Assembly (NCBI GenBank): GCA_964236955.1
Contig: CAXSGP010000078.1
Location: forward strand, 1 to 23,331
Direction: 5' to 3'
From: an uncultured Oligoflexus sp.
GTDB taxonomy: Bacteria > Bdellovibrionota_B > Oligoflexia > Oligoflexales > Oligoflexaceae
Length of the DNA: 23,331 nt
Positions within the stretch are counted from its first letter, which is position 1, and each line of letters starts with the position of its first letter. The notes below the pieces were generated by a model, which was given only the letters and a program-made list of their open reading frames with translations, did no database searches and was not told the DNA's origin. The translations under genes and the position numbers were made by a program. Positions 16,399-23,331 of this stretch are shown piece after piece.

Positions 16399-17286
16399 TT
16401 ATTTTGAAGTGGCTTTTGCCTCAGTTCTGATGGCACCACAGCTCATTTCTCCCGCAAGCAATGCCACCAGTTCCGCAGCATGATGGGAAACCGTGTAAAG
16501 CAGGCGGCCCGGCACCAGGATAATCCGCTCGCTACGGACCGCTTCAAGCTTTTGCCAGGCTGCGCTATGCCGAAGCTTTTCAAGCAAAGCCTTCTTATTC
16601 GGCGCTTCGGCAGCTGATGCGATAATGTAATCAGGTTTTTGCTGCACCAGGATTTCACTGCTGATTGGGCTCCAGCCATGAAAATTGATGTCCCGCAGAA
16701 CGTTATGAAAACCAGCCCGCTCCGCAACATCATCGATAATCGTAGCCGTGCCCGGAAGTATATCACTGCTCGCGTACTGCAGCACCGTTGGCCGGCGTTT
16801 ACACTTGGGCTGCTTCGCCAAGGCATCCTTTATCGTGCTTTCCATAGAGGCCACCAGCACCGCGGCTTCCTTGTCTTTGCCGATGAGCCCGCCCAATTCC
16901 ACGATATTGGCTTCGATATCCTTGATGGCACCAAAAGATTTTTGCACCTGGACATTGACCTTGGCAGCCTTAAGTTGTTCCTGAATCGCGGCGGCGGTAT
17001 AAACCGCCACGATCACAAGGTCGGGCTTTAAGACCAAAAGACTTTCGATGCCGTCGCCCACCCGGGCTTTTACTGATGGGGGGAGGCTCGTGATAAAGCT
17101 ATACCTGGGATCGTCGGCAAAGGTGGAAACCGCGACCAGACGCTCCTCCTCTCCTTTCAGCAGGGTCAGTAATATCTCGTCGGAACCCACCGTGCCTGAC
17201 GCGATTCGCTGGGGAAAGTTCGCGGCAGTCAGATTAGCACTGATAAGGTGCCCAAGAAGCGTGGCAATGGCAAAGCATTTGAACAT
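16399..17286 (-). CDS. ABC transporter substrate-binding protein, BtuF/helical-backbone metal receptor family (cobalamin/haem/siderophore)
   Basis: Signal peptide followed by PQRIAS..DEILL..RLVAVS, ESLLVLKPDLVIV, EILVQQKPDYII and WQKLEAVRSERII, typical of periplasmic binding protein family 2. Confidence 0.88.
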   Translation of the reverse strand: MFKCFAIATLLGHLISANLTAANFPQRIASGTVGSDEILLTLLKGEEERLVAVSTFADDPRYSFITSLPPSVKARVGDGIESLLVLKPDLVIVAVYTAAAIQEQLKAAKVNVQVQKSFGAIKDIEANIVELGGLIGKDKEAAVLVASMESTIKDALAKQPKCKRRPTVLQYASSDILPGTATIIDDVAERAGFHNVLRDINFHGWSPISSEILVQQKPDYIIASAAEAPNKKALLEKLRHSAAWQKLEAVRSERIILVPGRLLYTVSHHAAELVALLAGEMSCGAIRTEAKATSK

Positions 17287-17524
17287 ACGTTAACTCGACG
17301 GTAATAAGGGCTAGCATCAGCTCTAACATGACAGATTCCGCCTGACAAGCAACTCGCATCCTTTGCGGAGGCGCGGTAGGATAGAGAGGCCAAAAGTATA
17401 AATTAAGCCGTATTGGCCGCATTTATAGAGATAGGCCACAGTCCGGTTTGAGCCGTGGGTTCGAGGCCCTTCAGCCGGTAAAGCCGGTCTGGCTTTGGTC
17501 GTTTTTCATGCAAGGATTTTTGAA

Positions 17525-20215
17525 ATGAAAGTAGCCGAGATTCGTTCCCGATTCCTAAAATTCTACGAGCGCAATGGCCATAGAGTGCTTGAGAGTTCTT
17601 CGCTCGTCCCTCACAACGATCCCACCGTGCTCTTCGTCAACGCGGGCATGGTGCAGTTCAAAGATCTTTTCCTCGGCAAGGAACGCCGTGACTATACAAG
17701 GGCCGCGACCTCGCAGAAATGCGTGCGGGCCGGCGGCAAACACAACGACCTCGAAAACGTCGGTTACACCGCGCGACACCATACCTTTTTTGAGATGCTT
17801 GGGAACTTCTCCTTTGGCGATTACTTCAAACAGGACGCGATTCGCTATGCCTGGGAATTCATCACCCAGGAACTCAAGCTGCCTAAGGAAAAAGTCTACG
17901 TCACCGTTTATAAAGACGACGACGAGGCCGCAGCCATCTGGGAAAAAGAGATTGGCATCGATCCCAAGCGCATCTATCGCTTTGGCGAAAAAGACAATTT
18001 CTGGTCGATGGGCGACACCGGCCCCTGTGGTCCCTGTTCTGAGCTCTTTGTTGATCGCGGCGCCAAGTACGGTTGTGGCAAGAGCACCTGTGAAGTCGGA
18101 TGCGACTGTGATCGCTACATGGAGTTCTGGAATCTTGTCTTTATGCAATTCAATCGCGATGCCGACGGGGTCCTGCATCCCTTACCCAAGCCTTCGGTCG
18201 ATACGGGCATGGGGCTGGAGCGTATTGCCTCCATTCTTCAGGATACCGAAACCAACTATGAAATCGATAGTTTCATCGGCATTTTGGCCAACATTGCAAA
18301 ACTCGCGGGCCATACCTATGATCCCAAGGGGAAAAGCAATTTTCCCTATCGCGTGGTTGCCGATCATTCGCGTGCCATGACCTTTCTCATTGGCGATGGC
18401 GTCATGCCTGCCAACGAGGGGCGCGGTTACGTTCTGCGCCGCATCATTCGCCGCGCCGTGCGTTACGGCAAGAAAATCGGCCTGGAACGCACCTTCCTCG
18501 CTGAGAGCTGCGGCTATGTCATCGACCAGATGAAAGAGGCTTACCCTGATCTTGTGGAAAAACGCAGCTTTATTTTGCGCGTCGTCCTCGCCGAAGAAGA
18601 GCAATTTTTAAAGACGCTTGGGCGTGGCCTGACTCTTCTCGACGAAGAGATGGCAAAGCTTGGCGAAAACAAAGTCCTTTCGGGCGAAGTGGCGTTCAAA
18701 CTTTACGATACCTTTGGTTTTCCTGTCGACTTGACCCGCATCATCTGCGAAGAACAGGGCCTGACAGTCGACGAAGCTGCTTTTGAGCAGGCGATGCTTC
18801 GCCAGAAAACCCAGTCCCGTCAGCACTGGAAAGGCGGCGCTGCCGGTGACAATACACTCGACGGCATCTTTCATGATATTGCGAATGAAGTTCGTGACCA
18901 AGGCATCAGGCAAAGTTTCGTCGGTTATGAGGCCAACGAGACCGAAGAAGGCCGTTTGATAGCTTTGATTCAGGAGAAGGAGGGGCAGGCCACCCGCTGC
19001 GATTTTGCTGGCGCCGATGCCAGCGAGTATCTCTACGGCGTCTTCGACACGACTCCCTTCTATGGCGAAGGCGGGGGGCAAATAGGAGATAAAGGCCAAG
19101 TCAAGGGCCATGGCTTTGAAGGCGAGGTCTTTGATACTAAAAAGCCCGTCGATGGCCTGACCGTCGTTCACATCAAACCACTTAAGGGCAGTTTGCGGGT
19201 CGGCGAAGTCTATATGCAGTCGACAGATGCAGGCCTGAGAGCGCTCACCGCGCGAAACCATACGGCAACTCACATGCTGCACTGGGCCCTTCGCCATGTG
19301 CTTGGTGAGCATGTGAAACAAGCTGGATCTCTTGTTTCGCCGGAGATGTTCCGTTTTGACTTTTCGCATTTCCAAGCGCTGTCGGAAGAGGAACTGCACA
19401 AGATCGAAGAGCTGATCAACGAACGCATCTTCACGGATTTGCCGGTGTCGAAACAGGAGATGAAGAAGGAGGAGGCGGTTGCCGCAGGCGCTATCGCCAT
19501 GTTCGGCGAGAAGTATGGAGACCGGGTCCGGGTGGTCAAGGTGGGTGGATTTTCGACCGAACTGTGCGGCGGAACGCACGTCAGGTCCACGGCTGAAATC
19601 AACCTCTTTAAAATCGCCTCGGAAAGTTCAGTGGCAGCCGGAGTCCGCAGGATCGTAGGATATACCTCAAAGTATGCCTTCGAATATCTGAAGACTCGTG
19701 AGCAGGAGGCGCGGCTGGTCAGACAAAAGCTCAAGGCCGTCAGCTTTGAAGACGTCGAAGCCAAGATCGATCGACTGATGCAGTCGGAACGTGATCTGAA
19801 AAAGCAGATTGAAAAGATCAAATCGGGTCAGCTTGCAGGTCAGATCGATGAGATTATCGGCCGGGCTGAAGTCTTAAAGGGCACCAGGATCGTGTCCTTC
19901 CTCTGCCCTGAGGATGAATCGGGCGTCAAGACCCTGCGTGAGCTTAGCGAGAAGATACTGGCAAAATCGCCCGAAGCCGTGGCGATACTCGGCATGCAGC
20001 AATCCGCTCTGGGCAAGGCCTTTCTGCTTATCTCCAAGGGCAAGCAGGCGCCTGCCAGCGTCAACGCTCAAAATGTTGTTAACACTTTGGCCCCACTCTT
20101 CAACGGCAAGGGCGGCGGCAAAGCGGAGATGGCTCAGGCCGGCGGCGATAAGCTAGAGGGTTTGAAGGAGGCTTTGATAAAGGCGCCTGGTCTCGTCAAG
20201 GAAAGTTTGATCTAG
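17525..20215 (+). CDS. alaS: Alanine--tRNA ligase
   Basis: ATG at 17525 follows AAGGA. Motifs [43 protein letters not shown], editing motifs NHTATH and ELCGGTH, and C-terminal GKGGGK..AQAGG. Confidence 0.99.
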   Translation: MKVAEIRSRFLKFYERNGHRVLESSSLVPHNDPTVLFVNAGMVQFKDLFLGKERRDYTRAATSQKCVRAGGKHNDLENVGYTARHHTFFEMLGNFSFGDYFKQDAIRYAWEFITQELKLPKEKVYVTVYKDDDEAAAIWEKEIGIDPKRIYRFGEKDNFWSMGDTGPCGPCSELFVDRGAKYGCGKSTCEVGCDCDRYMEFWNLVFMQFNRDADGVLHPLPKPSVDTGMGLERIASILQDTETNYEIDSFIGILANIAKLAGHTYDPKGKSNFPYRVVADHSRAMTFLIGDGVMPANEGRGYVLRRIIRRAVRYGKKIGLERTFLAESCGYVIDQMKEAYPDLVEKRSFILRVVLAEEEQFLKTLGRGLTLLDEEMAKLGENKVLSGEVAFKLYDTFGFPVDLTRIICEEQGLTVDEAAFEQAMLRQKTQSRQHWKGGAAGDNTLDGIFHDIANEVRDQGIRQSFVGYEANETEEGRLIALIQEKEGQATRCDFAGADASEYLYGVFDTTPFYGEGGGQIGDKGQVKGHGFEGEVFDTKKPVDGLTVVHIKPLKGSLRVGEVYMQSTDAGLRALTARNHTATHMLHWALRHVLGEHVKQAGSLVSPEMFRFDFSHFQALSEEELHKIEELINERIFTDLPVSKQEMKKEEAVAAGAIAMFGEKYGDRVRVVKVGGFSTELCGGTHVRSTAEINLFKIASESSVAAGVRRIVGYTSKYAFEYLKTREQEARLVRQKLKAVSFEDVEAKIDRLMQSERDLKKQIEKIKSGQLAGQIDEIIGRAEVLKGTRIVSFLCPEDESGVKTLRELSEKILAKSPEAVAILGMQQSALGKAFLLISKGKQAPASVNAQNVVNTLAPLFNGKGGGKAEMAQAGGDKLEGLKEALIKAPGLVKESLI

Positions 20216-20303
20216 ATCAGATTTTAAATGGCAGCCTTTCGTGGACGTCCCCGTGACGTCCTCTTTACCGGGAGTGCTGAGGAATGAAAGGAAAAACTTT
20301 CCC

Positions 20304-21068
20304 GTGACCAAAATAATCTCCTGGAACGTCAATGGTATCCGCGCTGTTCTTAAAAAAGGTTTCATGGATTTTTTTGAAGAGGAACTCCCCGATATCCTTT
20401 GCCTGCAGGAAACCAAGGCAACTGAAGAGCAGGCGGGGCTTGACCTTCCGGGCTATCATATAAAGTGGAACAGCGCTGTAAAAAAGGGCTATTCCGGAAC
20501 CGCAGTGATTTCCCGCCATAAACCCCTGAATGTCAGCTATGGCCTAGGAATGGATAAGCACGATCAGGAAGGTCGTGTCATCACGCTTGAGTTCGAGAAG
20601 GTCTTTGTCGTCACGGTTTATACGCCGAACTCAAAGGACGACCTGTCGCGCCTTCCCTATCGTCATCAGGAGTGGGACGTCGACTTCCTAAAGTATGTCA
20701 TCAGCCTTGAGAGCTTGAAGCCCGTGATCTTTTGTGGCGACCTCAACGTTGCCCACATGGAGATCGATCTGGCCCATCCCAAGGCCAATACCAAAAGTTC
20801 GGGATTTACGCTTGAAGAACGGGCGAGCTTCCATAATATAGTAGCGAATGGTTTTATTGATACCTTTCGTCATTTTAATAAAGATCCGCACCACTATACC
20901 TGGTGGAGTTATCGAACGGCGGCGCGCGAACGCAATGTGGGCTGGAGGATCGATTACTTTTGCGTCTCGGGAGCTTTGGTGCCCCATCTGAAATCGGCCG
21001 GAATATTATCCAACGTTCACGGTTCCGACCACTGTCCCGTGGTTGTCGAGATCGATGGCCTGTTCTGA
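20304..21068 (+). CDS. xth: Exodeoxyribonuclease III / AP endonuclease (Xth/ExoA family)
   Basis: GTG at 20304 follows AAGGA (the ORF track starts at 20241). Motifs [49 protein letters not shown] and GSDHCP. Confidence 0.97.
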   Translation: MTKIISWNVNGIRAVLKKGFMDFFEEELPDILCLQETKATEEQAGLDLPGYHIKWNSAVKKGYSGTAVISRHKPLNVSYGLGMDKHDQEGRVITLEFEKVFVVTVYTPNSKDDLSRLPYRHQEWDVDFLKYVISLESLKPVIFCGDLNVAHMEIDLAHPKANTKSSGFTLEERASFHNIVANGFIDTFRHFNKDPHHYTWWSYRTAARERNVGWRIDYFCVSGALVPHLKSAGILSNVHGSDHCPVVVEIDGLF

Positions 21069-21246
21069 TTCTTGACTATCAGGTTTTTGATAATATTGGA
21101 TATTTTTGATTCAATGTCAGGTCCATCAGGTTTTTGGTGCCAACATTCAAGCCCGCTCACTCTCTAACCGAAGCTAAGACTAGCGGAAGTTATCCGAAAA
21201 ACTTACAGCCTGTAGGTTTTATGACCAACAAGGGAGGAGGGCAGCG

Positions 21247-23211
21247 ATGTCGCTCTTAAGCTCACTCAAAAGCCATTATTACCAGCGGGACGAACTGGCA
21301 TTTCATGCCAAGCATTTTCCCCTGCTGGTGCCCCACCGGGTGGCATCATTTCTTTTTATCGCTGCCGTAGCGGGCTTAGGGCTAAGCGATGTCACGGGCT
21401 TTCTGTCGCATGATACGGTCTTTCAGTATTCATCGTTTCTGATGCTGTTCTATAGCCTTGCCGTGAGGACAACTCTAAAAAATTTCCTGCTCTTCCTGAG
21501 CGCGGCCCTAACCTACCTTTTTGCAGTCGCGATCCTCTCCCTTGGGCTTAATCTGGAGATACTGGATAGCAACTCTTTGAACCTGGTGATGGCGGCCTTC
21601 TTTGGTGCGGCCTTTCATTGGACCCGACTCGGCCTCACCCGACGGACCTATAATGCCGATCTGGCCGTTGCCGAAAGCAGCCTCAAACTTAACGAATTGA
21701 CGCGCGATTCGCAGATTCTTATCGATCACATCCTCGAAGGCATGTACCTCTACCAGGTTAATGATAAGGATGAACTCGGCATCGATTCCTTTCACACGCC
21801 CTTAAAATATCCGGGCAGCGACACCGAGGAAAAAAACCCCTCCAGGGCTTTGGAAGCCTTCTGGAAGACCTGCTCTTTAACTCCAGACCGTATCGCCCAC
21901 ATGCATGGTATCTTGCGTCAAGCGATCGGTGAAAATATTTTGCAGTGGCACATTCATTCCAAAGACCTTCCAGAGGAATTTCGCCTGGCTCTCGATCATG
22001 GAACCCGGGTCGTGACGGCCAAATGGGAGGCGATCAGAAGCGACAAGGGTATGGTCAAGAAAGTTCTCCTCCTCTTGAAAGACGTCACGGAACTCAGGCT
22101 GTTACGTGAGGATTCGCGGGCCCGCAGCGACGATGCGAAAAGACTCATGGAACTGATCGGGAACAGTCCCAAGAAAATTGGAGAATTTTTCAATCTGGCG
22201 GCGGCCATGATACTCGAAGGCAAGCGAAGCGCGGTGCTGACGCCCGAGAATACGAAATTGAATTTTCGCAATATCAACACCCTCAAGGCTATGGCCAGCA
22301 GCTTTCAGTTGACCGAACTCACCGAATGCCTGAATCAGCTGGAAGCGACTATTCAGCAGCAAACCCTCAGTGCCGTCAGTCTTTCGCTTCAGCATCTGCC
22401 CGCCTACCAGGCTTGCGAGACCTCGCTCCGTAATTACAAAAACTTATTCCTAAAGATTTACTCGCGACCAATCTTCGGCAATCAGGTCACGACTGATCCC
22501 AAGGTGGTGCTCGAGCTTACCAATCAGATCGAAACAGCCCTGGTGCGCAGCGATATTCAAGCGACACTCAAAGGTCTCAATGAGATCCGGACGATTTTTG
22601 CCTATACTTTGGATAAGATCGTGATCGACGAAATCACACTCCTGCGTAAATTGGCCGATGATCTCAATAAACCGCACCCCAACCTTTATATCAATGAACT
22701 CGACATTCAACTGACCGATGCCGGCAAAAGCACTTTGCAGAAGGTCTTCGTGCAGCTCTTCCGCAATTCCATTGACCATGGCATCGAAAGTGACGCTGAG
22801 CGTAAAGCCAAATCCAAGGCGCCGCGAGGCCAAATCTCAATTCATACGGCAAAGCAGCAGGAATCCTATCGCATCACCTACAAAGACGATGGTCAGGGCC
22901 TGGCATTGCCGAAAATTCTAAAGAAGGCGATCGACCTACGCCTGGCGGAAGCCAACCGTAACTATAGCGCCCAGGAGATTGCTGAGCTTATTTTCCAGCC
23001 GGGCCTATCGACAGCCCTTCAGCAGACCCTCATATCCGGGCGGGGGCTGGGAATGGATTCTATCCGCTCCTGTCTTGCCCAGGAAGGCGGCGATATTTCA
23101 ATTGAGCTCGACGAAACCTGTGAAGGGCCATTTCAGACCTTTCGTCTCATTATTGACATTCCGCTAAAAAGAGCAAATCAAAAACTCGAGCGACTCGAGC
23201 GAACAGGTTGA
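21247..23211 (+). CDS. Membrane-bound CheA-like (class II) kinase with degenerate Hpt domain and no CheW domain
   Basis: GGAGGAGG RBS and about four N-terminal hydrophobic helices. Hpt-like FRNINTLKA. CheA-type ATPase motifs LFRNSIDHGIE, DDGQGL, LIFQPGLSTA and ISGRGLGMD. Confidence 0.85.
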   Translation: MSLLSSLKSHYYQRDELAFHAKHFPLLVPHRVASFLFIAAVAGLGLSDVTGFLSHDTVFQYSSFLMLFYSLAVRTTLKNFLLFLSAALTYLFAVAILSLGLNLEILDSNSLNLVMAAFFGAAFHWTRLGLTRRTYNADLAVAESSLKLNELTRDSQILIDHILEGMYLYQVNDKDELGIDSFHTPLKYPGSDTEEKNPSRALEAFWKTCSLTPDRIAHMHGILRQAIGENILQWHIHSKDLPEEFRLALDHGTRVVTAKWEAIRSDKGMVKKVLLLLKDVTELRLLREDSRARSDDAKRLMELIGNSPKKIGEFFNLAAAMILEGKRSAVLTPENTKLNFRNINTLKAMASSFQLTELTECLNQLEATIQQQTLSAVSLSLQHLPAYQACETSLRNYKNLFLKIYSRPIFGNQVTTDPKVVLELTNQIETALVRSDIQATLKGLNEIRTIFAYTLDKIVIDEITLLRKLADDLNKPHPNLYINELDIQLTDAGKSTLQKVFVQLFRNSIDHGIESDAERKAKSKAPRGQISIHTAKQQESYRITYKDDGQGLALPKILKKAIDLRLAEANRNYSAQEIAELIFQPGLSTALQQTLISGRGLGMDSIRSCLAQEGGDISIELDETCEGPFQTFRLIIDIPLKRANQKLERLERTG

Positions 23212-23251
23212 CGCAAATACATTTTCACCAAACAAGCCAATCCCCTCGGCA

Positions 23252-23283
23252 TTCATGGGCTTCCTTATGCATAAGCCCATGAA
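23252..23283. terminator. Hairpin downstream of the CheA-like gene, possible terminator
   Basis: Perfect 11-bp stem TTCATGGGCTT / AAGCCCATGAA with a 10-nt loop; no clear U-tract. Confidence 0.45.
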
Positions 23284-23331
23284 GCGGCTAACTAGTGTCG
23301 GTCCGGAAAAGGCGATGGCTGCGTTTCATCG

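Noticed and set aside
17455..17472. tRNA gene suggested by GGGTTCGAG
   Set aside because: No D-arm, anticodon arm or acceptor stem can be built.
17287..17495. Cobalamin riboswitch upstream of the BtuF-like gene
   Set aside because: The conserved GGGAA, GCCACTG and B12-box elements are not found in order.
17555..19821. Long alternative-frame and antisense ORFs within alaS (up to 323 aa)
   Set aside because: Shadow ORFs of a conserved gene with no recognisable motifs.
21147..21200. Tandem sigma28-like promoters before the CheA-like gene (TCAAG-N16-CCGAA, CTAAG-N15-CCGAA)
   Set aside because: Several mismatches to consensus in both boxes; cannot be distinguished from chance.
23292..23331. Possible 3' end of a convergent minus-strand gene (..DETQPSPFPDRH*)
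   Set aside because: Only 12 codons are visible, so it cannot be supported.
1..23331. CRISPR array, rRNA, prophage or defence system
   Set aside because: No regularly spaced repeats or diagnostic genes were seen.

Overview
A 23.3-kb bacterial chromosomal window. The protein styles suggest Bdellovibrionota/Oligoflexia, but that is inference only. The minus strand carries, left to right: a GC-richer multidomain GH3 glycosidase lipoprotein gene flanked by a 13-bp direct repeat; a CxxCH-containing exported protein; a 7-PAS hybrid histidine kinase; a three-gene signalling unit; a small lipoprotein; and an orphan BtuF-type binding protein. The plus strand carries alaS, xth and a membrane-bound CheA-like kinase whose Hpt His is replaced by Asn. 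The most notable element is the signalling unit, transcribed as AlgB-like sigma54 activator -> KinB-like HAMP/PAS kinase -> soluble KdpD-N/Usp protein fused to a PTS EIIA domain. It is preceded by a complete sigma54 promoter layout (two TGCA-N3-TGCA sites, an IHF-like site, -24/-12). It also has a short KdpC C-terminal remnant where kdpFABC would be expected. No rRNA, tRNA or CRISPR array was seen.
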